Below are positions 26,283 to 38,398 of a stretch of 64,000 bases of DNA, in pieces. The notes under the pieces were generated by a model. That model worked only from the letters and a program-made list of their open reading frames with translations, had not been told where the DNA came from and made no database searches. Location of the stretch: assembly GCF_024502345.1 (NCBI RefSeq), contig NZ_JALDNN010000001.1. One strand, 5' to 3'. Numbering within the stretch: the stretch's first letter is position 1; the number at the start of each line of letters is the position of its first letter. The stretch is from Escherichia coli. Its GTDB lineage: Bacteria; Pseudomonadota; Gammaproteobacteria; Enterobacterales; Enterobacteriaceae. The position numbers and the translations under genes are program-made.

Positions 26283-29200
26283 TTACTGCGCCTGCACGCG
26301 CAACTCTGCTGCGCTACGACTACGATGACCCAGCAGTGCTTTTACATCACTGGACTTCGGTTTAACCAGCGCAAATTTAGTGGCGAAGGTTGACCAGTTC
26401 GCCAGAATCTCTTCACCGCGCTGAGAGCCAGTATGCTGAACATGCTCGGTGATAAGACCGCGCAGATGCTCTTCATGGATCGCCAGATCGTCAACGCTTA
26501 AGACCTCGACCAGTTCCGGGTTAACGCGTTTGCGGAAATCACCGCTTTCATCGAGAACGTAAGCGAAGCCGCCGGTCATGCCCGCACCGAAGTTAACGCC
26601 GGTTTTACCCAGAATACAGACAATACCGCCCGTCATATATTCACAGCCGTTGTCGCCAATGCCTTCTACCACGGTGATAGCACCGGAGTTCCGCACGCCG
26701 AAACGTTCACCCGCGCGGCCTGCGGCATACAGACGACCACCGGTCGCGCCATACAGGCAGGTGTTGCCGATAATACTTGCTTCATGGCTGCGGAAGGCGG
26801 AACCAACCGGAGGACGAATGGCGATTAAGCCGCCCGCCATGCCTTTACCGACATAGTCGTTGGCATCCCCGGTCAGGTACAGTTCCACGCCGCCCGCGTT
26901 CCATACACCGAAACTCTGGCCTGCGGTGCCGTTGAAGTACGCTTTGATAGGATCGGCTGCCAGCCCCTGATCGCCGTGCGTCTGGGCGATATAGCCTGAA
27001 AGCGACGCGCCCACGGAGCGATCGGTATTGCGGATATCGAACCAGAAGGTTTTGCTCTGGCGTTCATCGACAAACGGTTTCGCCTGTTGCAGCAACTGCG
27101 CGTTCAGCAGGCCGTTATCAAACGGCGGGTTGTTTTCGGTGCAGTAGAGTGCCTTACCTGGATGCGGTTCGGCGGTCTCCAGCAGCTTCGACAGCGCCAG
27201 TTTTTGCTGTTTGGCGGTGAAACCGTCCAGTTCTTTCAGCAGGTCGGTGCGACCAATCAGATCCACCAGACGCGTTACGCCCAGCTGTGCCATCAGCTCG
27301 CGGGTTTCACGGGCAATAAATTCAAAGTAATTGGTAACCTTGAACGGCAGGCCGTGATAGTGGTTCTTACGCAGTTTGTCATCCTGAGTTGCTACACCCG
27401 TTGCGCAGTTGTTCAGATGGCAAATACGTAGATATTTACAGCCGAGCGCCACCATAGGGCCAGTGCCGAAGCCGAAGCTTTCTGCGCCGAGAATCGCCGC
27501 CTTGATGATATCGACACCCGTTTTCAGGCCGCCATCGACCTGCAAACGGATCTTGTGACGCAAGCCGTTAGCAACCAGCGCCTGCTGGGTTTCAACAAGC
27601 CCCAGCTCCCACGGACAGCCTGCGTATTTCACCGATGAAAGCGGACTTGCGCCGGTGCCGCCGTCATAGCCTGCGATGGTGATTAAATCGGCATAAGCTT
27701 TTGCCACGCCAGTCGCGATGGTGCCTACGCCCGGTTCGGAAACCAGCTTCACGGAGATCATCGCTTTCGGGTTAACCTGCTTGAGGTCGAAAATGAGCTG
27801 CGCTAAGTCCTCGATAGAGTAGATATCGTGGTGCGGCGGCGGGGAGATCAGCGTCACTCCGGGCACCGAATAGCGCAGTTTGGCGATGTAAGGAGTGACT
27901 TTATCACCCGGCAACTGACCGCCTTCGCCCGGCTTCGCGCCCTGGGCGACTTTAATCTGAATGACGTCGGCATTGACCAGATACGCCGGAGTAACCCCAA
28001 AGCGACCGGAAGCCACCTGCTTGATGCGCGACACTTTGTTGGTGCCGTAGCGCGCCGGATCTTCACCGCCTTCACCGGAGTTTGAGTTACCGCCGATGCT
28101 GTTCATCGCTTCCGCCAGCGCCTCGTGGGCTTCCGGGCTTAACGCGCCGATAGACATCGCGGCGGTATCAAAGCGTTTAAACAGTTCGCTTGCCGGTTCA
28201 ACATCAGCAATGTTGACCGCGTTTTCACCCGGCGTAATTGCCAGCAGATCGCGCAGCGTGGTTGCCGGACGCTCATTAACCAGCTTCGCGTATTCCTGAT
28301 AGTCGCTGTACTCGCCGCTCTGTACCGCCTGTTGCAGCGTGCGCACCACGTCCGGGTTGTAGGCGTGGTATTCGCCGCCGTGGACGTATTTCAGCAGGCC
28401 GCCCTGGCTGATGGGCTTGCGCGCCAGCCAGGCACGTTTCGACAGATTCAGCAGATCCTGCTGGAAGTCTTCAAAGCTCGCCCCCCCAATGCGGCTGACC
28501 GCCCCCTGGAAGCACAGGCCCACTACATCATCGTGCAGACCGACCGCTTCAAACAGTTTCGAGCAGCGGTAAGAGGCGATGGTGGAGATGCCCATTTTGG
28601 ACATGATTTTGTACAAGCCTTTGTTGATGCCGTTACGGTAGTTGAGCATCACGGTACGATAATCTTTGGCAATCGCATGGGTGTCTACCAGGCGGCCCAG
28701 CGTTTCATAGGCAAGGTATGGATAAATAGCCGTCGCGCCGAAGCCCAGCAACACGGCGAAGTGGTGCGGATCGCGGGCGCTGGCGGTTTCGACGATGATG
28801 TTGGCATCGCAGCGCAGGCTTTGATCGACCAGACGGGTCTGGATCGCGCCAACCGCCATCGGAGCCGGAACCGGCAGGCGATCTTTAGCGATATTCCGGT
28901 CGGAGAGCACCAGCAACACGGTGCCGCTACGTACCATTTTTTCGGCTTTGTCGCACAGCTCTTTGACTGTCGCTTCGAGCGTGGTTTTAGTGACGTCAAA
29001 GGTGATATCCAGCGTATCTGCGCGGTAGTGCTCCTCTTTCATCGTCGTGAGCTGTTTGAAATCGGAGTAGAGCAGAATCGGCGATTTAAAGCTTAAACGG
29101 TGCGCCTGGCCCTCTGCTTCACAGAAGACGTTCATTTCACGACCAATGCTGGTGGCGAGCGACATAACATGCGCTTCACGCAGCGGGTCGATTGGCGGGT

Positions 29201-30743
29201 TAGTCACCTGGGCAAACTGCTGGCGGAAGTAGTCGTAAATAATGCGCGGCTGACTGGAGAGCACGGCGAATGGGGTATCATCGCCCATCGAACCGACCGC
29301 TTCCTGACCGTTTTCGCCCAGTACGCGAATTACGGAGTCCAGCTCTTCCGCGCTGTAGTTAAACTGTTTCTGGTAGCTGGCAAGCGTGTCGTCGTCCAGT
29401 TCGCGGCTACCCACTTCTTCATCGGGCAGATCTTCAAACGGTACCAGTCGGCGGACGTTTTTCTCCATCCACTCTTTATAAGGGTGGCGGCTTTTCAGAT
29501 CGTCATCGGTTTCTGCCGAGTGCAGAATACGTCCACTGCGAGTGTCGATCACCATCAGTTCGCCTGGCCCGACGCGGCCTTTTTCGACCACTTCGTCAGG
29601 CTGGTAATCCCAGATACCGACTTCAGAGGCGCAGGTGATGAGCTTATCTTTGGTGATGACGTAGCGCGCCGGACGCAGACCGTTACGGTCGAGGTTACAG
29701 GCAGCAAAACGACCGTCAGACATCACGATGCCCGCCGGGCCATCCCACGGCTCCATATGCATGGAGTTAAAGTCAAAGAAGGCACGCAGTTCCGGGTCCA
29801 TATCCGGGTTGTTCTGCCAGGCGGGTGGTACTAATAGACGCATGGCGCGGATGATATCCATCCCGCCTGCCAGCAGCAGTTCCAGCATGTTATCCATCGA
29901 ACTGGAGTCAGAGCCGGTTTCGTTGACGAACGGTGCGGCGTCGTGCAGGTCAGGGATAAGCGGTGTCTGGAATTTATAAGTACGCGCACGCGCCCATTGG
30001 CGGTTACCGGTGATGGTGTTGATTTCACCATTATGCGCCAGGTAGCGGAACGGTTGCGCCAGCGGCCAGCGCGGTACGGTGTTAGTGGAGAAGCGCTGGT
30101 GGAACAGGCAAATGGCCGATTCCAGACGCAGGTCCGCAAGATCCAGATAAAAGCGCGGCAGATCCGCCGGCATACACAGACCTTTATAGATGTTCACCAG
30201 ATTCGACAGGCTACAGACGTAGAAGTCTTTGTCGGCTTCGAGACGCTTTTCAATGCGACGGCGGGTGATAAACAGACGGCGCTCCATATCGCGTGGACGC
30301 CAGCCTGCCGGGGCGTTCACAAAAATTTGCTCAATGCGTGGCAGAGAGGAGAGGGCGATTTCACCCAGCACGCCTTCGTTAGTGGGGACATCACGCCAGC
30401 CCACAATCGACAAGGTTTCGCGTTGCAGCTCTTCTTCAACGATGCGGCGTGCGGCAGCAGCGAGTTCAGGATCTTTATTCAGGAAGAGCATCCCGACAGC
30501 GTAGTTTTTTGCTAAACGCCAGCCGCGCTCCTGCGCAACGATGCGAAAAAAGCGATCCGGTTTTTGTAATAGCAAGCCGCAACCGTCACCAGTTTTACCA
30601 TCGGCGAGAATCGCGCCACGGTGCTGCATACGGGCCAGTGCGTGTATTGCAGTACGCACTACCTTGTGGCTAGGTTCGCCTTCTATGTGGGCGATCAGGC
30701 CGAAACCACAGTTATCCCTCTCAAGGGATTTATCGTACAACAT
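26283..30743 (-). CDS. gltB: glutamate synthase large subunit
   Basis: Track ORF 1522 aa; I place the start at [15 protein letters not shown] (1486 aa), which has a GGAGG Shine-Dalgarno 8 nt upstream. Confidence 0.95.
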   Translation of the reverse strand: MLYDKSLERDNCGFGLIAHIEGEPSHKVVRTAIHALARMQHRGAILADGKTGDGCGLLLQKPDRFFRIVAQERGWRLAKNYAVGMLFLNKDPELAAAARRIVEEELQRETLSIVGWRDVPTNEGVLGEIALSSLPRIEQIFVNAPAGWRPRDMERRLFITRRRIEKRLEADKDFYVCSLSNLVNIYKGLCMPADLPRFYLDLADLRLESAICLFHQRFSTNTVPRWPLAQPFRYLAHNGEINTITGNRQWARARTYKFQTPLIPDLHDAAPFVNETGSDSSSMDNMLELLLAGGMDIIRAMRLLVPPAWQNNPDMDPELRAFFDFNSMHMEPWDGPAGIVMSDGRFAACNLDRNGLRPARYVITKDKLITCASEVGIWDYQPDEVVEKGRVGPGELMVIDTRSGRILHSAETDDDLKSRHPYKEWMEKNVRRLVPFEDLPDEEVGSRELDDDTLASYQKQFNYSAEELDSVIRVLGENGQEAVGSMGDDTPFAVLSSQPRIIYDYFRQQFAQVTNPPIDPLREAHVMSLATSIGREMNVFCEAEGQAHRLSFKSPILLYSDFKQLTTMKEEHYRADTLDITFDVTKTTLEATVKELCDKAEKMVRSGTVLLVLSDRNIAKDRLPVPAPMAVGAIQTRLVDQSLRCDANIIVETASARDPHHFAVLLGFGATAIYPYLAYETLGRLVDTHAIAKDYRTVMLNYRNGINKGLYKIMSKMGISTIASYRCSKLFEAVGLHDDVVGLCFQGAVSRIGGASFEDFQQDLLNLSKRAWLARKPISQGGLLKYVHGGEYHAYNPDVVRTLQQAVQSGEYSDYQEYAKLVNERPATTLRDLLAITPGENAVNIADVEPASELFKRFDTAAMSIGALSPEAHEALAEAMNSIGGNSNSGEGGEDPARYGTNKVSRIKQVASGRFGVTPAYLVNADVIQIKVAQGAKPGEGGQLPGDKVTPYIAKLRYSVPGVTLISPPPHHDIYSIEDLAQLIFDLKQVNPKAMISVKLVSEPGVGTIATGVAKAYADLITIAGYDGGTGASPLSSVKYAGCPWELGLVETQQALVANGLRHKIRLQVDGGLKTGVDIIKAAILGAESFGFGTGPMVALGCKYLRICHLNNCATGVATQDDKLRKNHYHGLPFKVTNYFEFIARETRELMAQLGVTRLVDLIGRTDLLKELDGFTAKQQKLALSKLLETAEPHPGKALYCTENNPPFDNGLLNAQLLQQAKPFVDERQSKTFWFDIRNTDRSVGASLSGYIAQTHGDQGLAADPIKAYFNGTAGQSFGVWNAGGVELYLTGDANDYVGKGMAGGLIAIRPPVGSAFRSHEASIIGNTCLYGATGGRLYAAGRAGERFGVRNSGAITVVEGIGDNGCEYMTGGIVCILGKTGVNFGAGMTGGFAYVLDESGDFRKRVNPELVEVLSVDDLAIHEEHLRGLITEHVQHTGSQRGEEILANWSTFATKFALVKPKSSDVKALLGHRSRSAAELRVQAQ

Positions 30744-31417
30744 ATCGTGAACCTCCCCCAGGCTCTGCGGGAACCCCACTACCGAACCGCTGCGCACGGG
30801 CACAGAAAGAGCGTGGCGACGGGGGTTGCGTGTCATACGCGCGCCTCGCATTCGCCCCCTTGTTGTCCTTTTCGCATCGGTTAATACGGTGAAGAGGGGA
30901 TCTCAATTACTGCATAAATATGATGAGCAGGCTGCTCATCCAGAAAGCTTCCAGCGGATCTCCAACTTATCGGGAAAGCTGATACAGGTCAAATGGCAAG
31001 CTTATTGGTACAGAAATGTGCTTTAGCGCAAAATTCTTTATTAAATGGCTGAAATTAAAATAGATTTTATCTTTAAGGCTAAAAGGGAAGTCGTTAGAGA
31101 AACAGTCAATTCCTGACTGTCATAAAGGCGTGTTAACCCTTATCCTGCCTTGAACTGACGAGAAAACCAGCATTTTATACTGCCTTAATTGGTAATGACG
31201 TTTCATGCTACTGTTTTTGCCTAAAATCCATAAGGAGATAAAAAAATCTGACACAAGATAAGCAAAAGTGATTTATGTGATTATGCATGAAATTTCGGTA
31301 ATTTTGATTGATTATGCAGTTGATAAAAGCAGGCCGGGACGATTGATCCAGGTCATCGCCGAATTGAGCTAAAAATGGCAGGCTTTGGCCTCTTTTCAAG
31401 GCGCGGTCTATCAGATT

Positions 31418-32347
31418 ATGCAGTTACAGAAATTAGTCAATATGTTTGGTGGTGATCTCACCCGTCGTTATGGGCAAAAGGTGCATAAGCTGACGCTGCA
31501 CGGCGGTTTTAGCTGCCCTAACCGTGACGGTACCATCGGGCGTGGTGGCTGCACATTCTGTAATGTGGCCTCGTTTGCCGATGAAGCGCAGCAGCATCGT
31601 TCCATTGCCGAGCAACTGGCGCACCAGGCGAATTTAGTTAACCGCGCTAAACGCTATCTGGCCTACTTTCAGGCGTATACCAGCACCTTTGCGGAAGTTC
31701 AGGTGCTGCGTTCTATGTATCAGCAGGCGGTGAGCCAGGCCAATATTGTCGGTTTGTGTGTTGGTACCCGCCCGGACTGCGTGCCGGATGCGGTGCTGGA
31801 TCTGCTTTGCGAATATAAGGACCAGGGTTACGAAGTGTGGCTGGAGCTGGGGCTACAAACCGCCCACGACAAAACACTGCATCGCATCAACCGCGGCCAT
31901 GATTTTGCCTGTTATCAGCGTACAACCCAGCTGGCACGTCAGCGCGGGCTGAAGGTGTGTTCCCACTTAATTGTCGGCCTGCCTGGCGAAGGGCAGGCTG
32001 AATGTTTGCAAACGCTGGAGCGAGTGGTTGAAACCGGCGTGGACGGCATAAAGCTGCATCCGCTGCATATTGTGAAAGGCAGCATTATGGCGAAAGCCTG
32101 GGAAGCGGGGCGTTTGAACGGTATTGAACTGGAGGATTACACGCTCACTGCCGGAGAAATGATTCGCCATACGCCACCGGAAGTGATCTACCACCGCATT
32201 TCCGCCAGCGCCCGTCGTCCGACGCTGCTTGCTCCTCTGTGGTGCGAAAATCGATGGACGGGAATGGTCGAGCTGGATCGCTATCTGAATGAACATGGCG
32301 TACAGGGATCGGCGCTGGGACGTCCGTGGCTACCTCCTACGGAGTAG
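31418..32347 (+). CDS. yhcC: radical SAM family protein YhcC
   Basis: 309 aa from MQLQKLVNMFGGDLTRRYGQKVHKLTLHGGFSCPNRDG...; divergent from gltB. Confidence 0.88.
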   Translation: MQLQKLVNMFGGDLTRRYGQKVHKLTLHGGFSCPNRDGTIGRGGCTFCNVASFADEAQQHRSIAEQLAHQANLVNRAKRYLAYFQAYTSTFAEVQVLRSMYQQAVSQANIVGLCVGTRPDCVPDAVLDLLCEYKDQGYEVWLELGLQTAHDKTLHRINRGHDFACYQRTTQLARQRGLKVCSHLIVGLPGEGQAECLQTLERVVETGVDGIKLHPLHIVKGSIMAKAWEAGRLNGIELEDYTLTAGEMIRHTPPEVIYHRISASARRPTLLAPLWCENRWTGMVELDRYLNEHGVQGSALGRPWLPPTE

Positions 32348-32442
32348 GTCGTTGAGGGGAATTCCGCATTTCTCACACAATTTATAACGTAACTGTCAGA
32401 ATTGGGTATTATTGGGGCAGGTTGTCGTGAAGGAATTCCCTA

Positions 32443-34779
32443 ATGAAGCAAATTCGTCTGCTGGCGCAGTATTATGTTGACCTGATGATGAAGTTAGGTC
32501 TGGTGCGCTTCTCAATGTTGCTGGCGCTGGCCCTCGTCGTTCTTGCCATTGTGGTACAAATGGCGGTAACCATGGTGCTGCATGGTCAGGTCGAAAGCAT
32601 TGATGTTATTCGTTCTATCTTCTTTGGTTTGCTGATTACGCCGTGGGCGGTCTACTTTCTATCGGTGGTCGTCGAGCAACTGGAGGAGTCACGACAACGT
32701 CTGTCACGGCTGGTGCAAAAACTGGAGGAGATGCGCGAGCGCGATTTGAGCCTCAACGTTCAGTTAAAAGATAATATTGCCCAGCTAAATCAGGAAATTG
32801 CCGTTCGTGAAAAAGCGGAAGCAGAACTGCAGGAAACCTTCGGCCAACTGAAAATTGAAATCAAAGAGCGCGAAGAGACACAAATTCAGCTCGAGCAGCA
32901 ATCCTCATTCTTACGTTCCTTCCTTGATGCTTCACCCGACCTGGTTTTTTATCGTAACGAAGATAAAGAGTTTTCCGGCTGTAACCGCGCGATGGAGCTG
33001 CTGACCGGAAAAAGCGAAAAACAACTGGTTCATCTGAAACCTGCTGATGTTTACTCACCGGAAGCCGCTGCGAAAGTCATTGAAACCGATGAAAAAGTGT
33101 TCCGTCATAATGTGTCACTGACCTATGAACAGTGGCTGGATTACCCGGACGGGCGCAAAGCCTGCTTTGAAATCCGTAAAGTGCCGTACTACGACCGCGT
33201 GGGTAAACGTCACGGTTTGATGGGCTTTGGTCGCGACATTACCGAGCGTAAGCGGTATCAGGATGCGCTTGAACGGGCCAGCCGCGACAAAACGACGTTT
33301 ATCTCCACCATCAGTCACGAATTGCGTACACCGCTGAACGGTATCGTCGGCCTGAGCCGCATTCTGCTGGATACCGAACTCACCGCCGAGCAGGAAAAAT
33401 ATCTCAAAACTATCCATGTTTCGGCCGTCACGCTGGGGAATATCTTTAACGATATTATCGACATGGATAAGATGGAACGGCGCAAGGTCCAGCTTGATAA
33501 TCAGCCGGTTGATTTCACCAGCTTCCTTGCCGATCTGGAAAATCTCTCCGCATTGCAGGCGCAACAAAAAGGATTGCGCTTTAACCTGGAGCCTACGCTG
33601 CCATTACCGCATCAGGTCATTACCGACGGGACGCGTTTACGGCAGATCCTGTGGAACCTCATCAGTAACGCCGTCAAATTCACCCAGCAAGGCCAGGTTA
33701 CCGTGCGCGTGCGCTACGATGAAGGCGATATGCTGCATTTTGAAGTGGAAGACTCTGGTATCGGCATTCCGCAGGATGAGCTGGATAAAATCTTCGCCAT
33801 GTATTACCAGGTGAAAGACAGTCATGGCGGTAAACCTGCCACCGGCACCGGTATTGGTCTGGCCGTTTCTCGTCGTCTGGCGAAAAATATGGGCGGCGAT
33901 ATTACGGTTACCAGCGAACAGGGCAAAGGTTCAACCTTTACGTTGACGATCCACGCACCGTCGGTGGCAGAAGAGGTCGATGATGCGTTTGATGAAGACG
34001 ATATGCCTTTACCGGCGCTGAATGTGCTACTGGTGGAAGACATTGAACTGAACGTGATTGTTGCGCGTTCTGTGCTGGAAAAATTAGGTAACAGCGTTGA
34101 TGTCGCCATGACCGGCAAGGCGGCGCTGGAGATGTTTAAACCGGGCGAATACGACCTGGTGTTGCTGGATATTCAGTTGCCAGATATGACCGGGCTGGAT
34201 ATCTCTCGTGAACTGACGAAGCGTTATCCGCGCGAGGATTTACCGCCGCTGGTGGCCTTAACCGCTAACGTGCTGAAAGACAAACAAGAGTACCTCAATG
34301 CTGGAATGGATGATGTGCTGAGTAAGCCGCTTTCTGTTCCGGCGCTAACCGCGATGATCAAGAAATTCTGGGATACCCAGGATGATGAGGAGAGTACGGT
34401 GACGACAGAAGAGAACAGTAAATCAGAAGCATTGCTCGATATTCCCATGCTGGAACAGTATCTCGAACTTGTAGGACCGAAGCTGATCACCGACGGGTTA
34501 GCGGTGTTTGAGAAGATGATGCCAGGCTATGTCAGCGTGCTGGAGTCGAATCTGACGGCGCAGGATAAAAAAGGCATTGTTGAGGAAGGACATAAAATTA
34601 AAGGTGCGGCGGGGTCAGTGGGGTTACGCCATCTGCAACAGCTGGGTCAGCAAATTCAGTCTCCTGACCTTCCTGCCTGGGAAGATAACGTCGGTGAATG
34701 GATTGAAGAGATGAAAGAAGAGTGGCGTCACGACGTAGAAGTGCTGAAAGCGTGGGTGGCAAAAGCCACTAAAAAATGA
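32443..34779 (+). CDS. arcB: aerobic respiration control sensor kinase ArcB
   Basis: ORF track 778 aa; two TM helices, PAS, HisKA/ATPase, receiver and HPt domains. Confidence 0.96.
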   Translation: MKQIRLLAQYYVDLMMKLGLVRFSMLLALALVVLAIVVQMAVTMVLHGQVESIDVIRSIFFGLLITPWAVYFLSVVVEQLEESRQRLSRLVQKLEEMRERDLSLNVQLKDNIAQLNQEIAVREKAEAELQETFGQLKIEIKEREETQIQLEQQSSFLRSFLDASPDLVFYRNEDKEFSGCNRAMELLTGKSEKQLVHLKPADVYSPEAAAKVIETDEKVFRHNVSLTYEQWLDYPDGRKACFEIRKVPYYDRVGKRHGLMGFGRDITERKRYQDALERASRDKTTFISTISHELRTPLNGIVGLSRILLDTELTAEQEKYLKTIHVSAVTLGNIFNDIIDMDKMERRKVQLDNQPVDFTSFLADLENLSALQAQQKGLRFNLEPTLPLPHQVITDGTRLRQILWNLISNAVKFTQQGQVTVRVRYDEGDMLHFEVEDSGIGIPQDELDKIFAMYYQVKDSHGGKPATGTGIGLAVSRRLAKNMGGDITVTSEQGKGSTFTLTIHAPSVAEEVDDAFDEDDMPLPALNVLLVEDIELNVIVARSVLEKLGNSVDVAMTGKAALEMFKPGEYDLVLLDIQLPDMTGLDISRELTKRYPREDLPPLVALTANVLKDKQEYLNAGMDDVLSKPLSVPALTAMIKKFWDTQDDEESTVTTEENSKSEALLDIPMLEQYLELVGPKLITDGLAVFEKMMPGYVSVLESNLTAQDKKGIVEEGHKIKGAAGSVGLRHLQQLGQQIQSPDLPAWEDNVGEWIEEMKEEWRHDVEVLKAWVAKATKK

Positions 34780-34891
34780 CCCCGGCTAGACCGGGGTGCG
34801 CGAATACTGCGCCAACACCAGGGAAATCTTGGCTGCGCCGTAAATTATTATGATGAGTTACAAGGGCACAGCACTGTTTTTCAGGCCGCAC
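34771..34891 (-). ncRNA. arcZ: ArcZ small regulatory RNA (SraH/RyhA)
   Basis: Minus strand reads GTGCGGCCTGAAAAACAGTGCTGTGCCC...GCGCAGTATTCGCGCACCCCGGTCTAGCCGGGGTCATTTTTT, matching ArcZ as I recall it; its terminator overlaps the arcB stop codon. Confidence 0.85.
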
Positions 34892-35008
34892 GCAGTTAAG
34901 ATAGCAAAACTTAAATGATTTGTTACATGAATCAGTTAAATGTGTGATGCGTACCATTTTTATTAAAAAAATTAATGTGTTTCAGTCAATTGCGAAAGGA
35001 TGATCACA

Positions 35009-35662
35009 ATGAAGAAAATTGGCGTAATTCTGAGCGGATGCGGCGTCTATGACGGTTCTGAAATTCATGAAGCGGTGTTGACGTTGTTAGCTATTTCACG
35101 CAGCGGTGCGCAGGCGGTCTGCTTTGCACCGGATAAGCAGCAGGTTGATGTTATCAACCATTTAACTGGCGAAGCGATGACGGAAACGCGCAACGTGCTG
35201 ATTGAAGCGGCACGAATAACGCGCGGTGAAATCCGTCCTCTGGCCCAGGCCGATGCCGCTGAACTGGATGCGTTGATTGTGCCGGGGGGGTTTGGCGCGG
35301 CGAAGAATTTAAGCAATTTTGCCACTCTTGGTAGCGAATGCACCGTTGACCGTGAATTAAAGGCGCTGGCACAAGCGATGCATCAGGCCGGAAAACCGCT
35401 TGGTTTTATGTGTATTGCCCCGGCGATGCTGCCGAAAATTTTCGATTTCCCGCTGCGTTTGACCATCGGTACTGATATCGATACCGCAGAAGTGCTGGAA
35501 GAGATGGGCGCGGAGCATGTGCCGTGTCCTGTCGATGATATCGTGGTTGATGAAGACAATAAGATTGTCACCACCCCAGCATATATGCTGGCGCAGAACA
35601 TTGCAGAAGCGGCGAGCGGCATTGATAAGCTGGTTTCCCGCGTGCTGGTTCTGGCTGAATGA
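35009..35662 (+). CDS. elbB: ElbB, DJ-1/PfpI family glyoxalase-like protein
   Basis: 217 aa from [21 protein letters not shown]... Confidence 0.9.
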   Translation: MKKIGVILSGCGVYDGSEIHEAVLTLLAISRSGAQAVCFAPDKQQVDVINHLTGEAMTETRNVLIEAARITRGEIRPLAQADAAELDALIVPGGFGAAKNLSNFATLGSECTVDRELKALAQAMHQAGKPLGFMCIAPAMLPKIFDFPLRLTIGTDIDTAEVLEEMGAEHVPCPVDDIVVDEDNKIVTTPAYMLAQNIAEAASGIDKLVSRVLVLAE

Positions 35663-36387
35663 GTAAAAGCCGCTTAACGGTGTTTAGTTTCGTTCGCCGT
35701 TTTCTTTTGCGGTTAATGGTTGTCCTCGCCGTTTTCTGGGGCGGGGGCATCGCGTTGTTTAGCGTTGCGCCTGTTCCCTTCTCAGCGGTAATGGTCGAGC
35801 GACAGGTCAGCGCCTGGCTGCATGGCAATTTTCGTTACGTGGCACATTCTGACTGGGTCAGTATGGATCAAATCTCGCCGTGGATGGGACTGGCGGTGAT
35901 TGCCGCAGAAGATCAGAAATTTCCTGAGCACTGGGGCTTTGATGTCGCTTCCATTGAGAAAGCCCTGGCGCACAATGAGCGCAATGAAAACCGTATTCGC
36001 GGTGCTTCAACGATTTCTCAACAGACAGCCAAAAATCTCTTTTTATGGGATGGGCGTAGCTGGGTTCGAAAAGGGCTGGAAGCCGGATTAACGCTGGGGA
36101 TAGAAACTGTCTGGAGCAAAAAGCGTATCCTGACGGTTTACCTGAATATCGCCGAATTTGGCGACGGTGTGTTTGGCGTCGAAGCTGCGGCACAACGTTA
36201 TTTCCACAAACCCGCGAGCAAACTTACCCGATCGGAAGCTGCCTTACTGGCAGCTGTATTACCTAATCCACTTCGTTTCAAAGTCTCCGCGCCATCGGGC
36301 TACGTGCGCAGCCGTCAGGCGTGGATTTTACGGCAGATGTATCAGTTAGGCGGTGAGCCGTTTATGCAACAACACCAGCTGGATTAA
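35659..36387 (+). CDS. mtgA: monofunctional peptidoglycan glycosyltransferase
   Basis: ORF track 242 aa; start overlaps the elbB stop. Confidence 0.93.
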   Translation: MSKSRLTVFSFVRRFLLRLMVVLAVFWGGGIALFSVAPVPFSAVMVERQVSAWLHGNFRYVAHSDWVSMDQISPWMGLAVIAAEDQKFPEHWGFDVASIEKALAHNERNENRIRGASTISQQTAKNLFLWDGRSWVRKGLEAGLTLGIETVWSKKRILTVYLNIAEFGDGVFGVEAAAQRYFHKPASKLTRSEAALLAAVLPNPLRFKVSAPSGYVRSRQAWILRQMYQLGGEPFMQQHQLD

Positions 36388-37016
36388 GCTTCGCGCGAAG
36401 CGAGGGCCAGCGTTTTGCTCTCACGAGGTTGCAGATCTTTCTGCAGGGCAATAGCCAGCGCCGGTTGGGCGATAAATCGTTTCCACAACCGCTCTTGCTT
36501 ACGCAGACAACACCACTTTGACCAGGTCGCCAGTGGAATCAATGTGCTTTCACCAATGTTGTCGCAGACAACGGGGATAACCTCTGACTCACTAATGCGG
36601 TGACAGAGGATATTCTGCGGCTTCAGCGACATCGTCACGATACGGTTATCCTGCAAATAACACTTCAGATGTTTCAGTAACTGGCGCAGTTGTGCAACGT
36701 CTTCTTCGTAACGGCATTGTTCAGCAAATTCGGTCAGCGTAATGGAGGGCTTGCCGTCAAAATCGGCAATCACATCGTAGACATAACCGGTTCCGCAATC
36801 CGTCTCAACGGTACCGTGATAGCGCGGTATTCCACTCCAGTCTTTTAACCGGCGACCAAGATGCGCGTAGTACTTTAACTCACGACGGATCTCTTTATCG
36901 CCACCATCGCCACGATGGTAGACAATCTTGATACAGCGTTGGGCATCTTCCGGATGCGCATAACATTTCCGATGTCTTCCGGTGCCCAGGGGACTTTGTT
37001 CAGATAAGCGAATCAT
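36384..37016 (-). CDS. yrbL: YrbL, PhoP/PmrA-regulated protein
   Basis: ORF track 210 aa; its 3' end overlaps the mtgA 3' end by 4 bp. Confidence 0.88.
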   Translation of the reverse strand: MIRLSEQSPLGTGRHRKCYAHPEDAQRCIKIVYHRGDGGDKEIRRELKYYAHLGRRLKDWSGIPRYHGTVETDCGTGYVYDVIADFDGKPSITLTEFAEQCRYEEDVAQLRQLLKHLKCYLQDNRIVTMSLKPQNILCHRISESEVIPVVCDNIGESTLIPLATWSKWCCLRKQERLWKRFIAQPALAIALQKDLQPRESKTLALASREA

Positions 37017-37089
37017 GCCATCTCCTGGAAATATTTTCTGACGATCTCCAGTATGGTCGATTAACTTAAACGAAACCTAAACAATGCTT

Positions 37090-37106
37090 CTTAAGGTTTT
37101 CTTAAG
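37090..37106. promoter_or_regulatory. candidate PmrA (BasR) box CTTAAG-N5-CTTAAG upstream of yrbL
   Basis: Perfect direct repeat cttaag gtttt cttaag, about 75-90 bp upstream of the yrbL ATG. Confidence 0.55.
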
Positions 37107-37229
37107 GTTCTTCTGAAAGTAAAAAGCGCACGAAATGTACAATTGACGTTGATTGAGAACGATTTCAGTACGTGATTTTCTTATTGTCGGGGGGAGTTTG
37201 AAGGGAGTTGTATGTCAAAGTGATGAAGA

Positions 37230-37502
37230 TTAATCTTCATCAAAACCAGAATTAAAGAGGGCGATAACGGCGGCCAGTGCTTCCTCTTCCTGTGGACCGG
37301 TCGCTTCAACTTCAATCTGCCGCCCTTTGGCAGAATCCAACATCAGCAGCGCAATAACGCTGTTGGCTTCAGCCTCGGTGCCTTCGTCATTACGTAACAG
37401 CACTTCAGCGTCAAAACCCTGCATTAATTCAAACAGCTTCATTGCAGGCCGGGCATGCATGCCCAGCTTGTTTGTGATTTCAACAGTTTGCTTGACGGTC
37501 AT
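37230..37502 (-). CDS. ptsO: nitrogen-related phosphocarrier protein NPr
   Basis: ORF track 90 aa, HPr-like. Confidence 0.93.
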
Positions 37503-38353
37503 GGTTTACGTTTTTCCAGCGTACGATGGCGTGACTGGACGTTTTTACCGCGCGAGCGGAAGTAGTCAGCCAGTTGCTCTGCAATATACACCGAACGGTG
37601 CTTCCCGCCGGTACAACCAATGGCGACCGTCAAGTAGCTACGGTTGTTGGTTTCCAGCATAGGTAACCATAGCTCAAGATAGCTTCGCGTCTGGTAGATA
37701 AAATTGTGTACTTCTGTGTGGCGGTCGAGGAACGCGGCGACAGGTTTATCAAGACCCGTCATTGGACGCAGTTTCGGATCCCAGTGCGGGTTCGGCAAGA
37801 AGCGCACGTCAAAGACGTAATCTGCATCGATAGGGATACCGTGTTTGAAGCCGAAAGACTCAAAGACCATGGTCAGTTCGCGTTCACGTTTACCCAGCAG
37901 ACGGGTACGCAGCATTTCAGCCAGCTCGTGAACGGACATTTCTGAGGTATCGACAATCAGATCCGCTCGCGAACGCAGAGGCTCCAGCAAATCGCTTTCT
38001 TTGTCGATAGCACTTTCCAGCGACAGGTTTTTGCTGGAAAGCGGATGCAGTCGGCGCGTGTCACTGTAACGACGAATTAAGGTATTACGGTCGGCATCCA
38101 GGAACAGGAGTTGCGGTGAGAAAGCGTCAGGCAGGTTACTCATCGCCTGTTCGAATATTTCTGGTGACTCCGGCATATTACGAACATCAATGCTGACGGC
38201 GGCAGAAATCTCGCGATCGGCCAGGGTTCGAGCCAGATCGGGTAACAACACTACGGGAAGGTTATCCACGCAGTAAAAACCCATATCTTCCAGCGCACGC
38301 AGGGCGACAGATTTACCTGAACCTGAACGTCCGCTGACGATCATCAGTACCAT
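37499..38353 (-). CDS. rapZ: RNase adaptor protein RapZ (YhbJ)
   Basis: ORF track 284 aa; Walker A GRSGSGKS. Confidence 0.94.
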
Positions 38354-38398
38354 GTACTGTTTCTCCTCACAACGTCTAAAAGAGACATTACCGAATAA

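Noticed and set aside
26283-30851. Long N-terminal extensions in the ORF track (gltB 1522 aa; also mdh, degQ, rplM, folP, secG, hpf, ptsN, kdsD, lptA, mlaD, ibaG, rplU, yhcC)
   Set aside because: The shorter starts I annotate match the native N-termini as I recall them and have better Shine-Dalgarno spacing; the extensions are open frame upstream of the true start.
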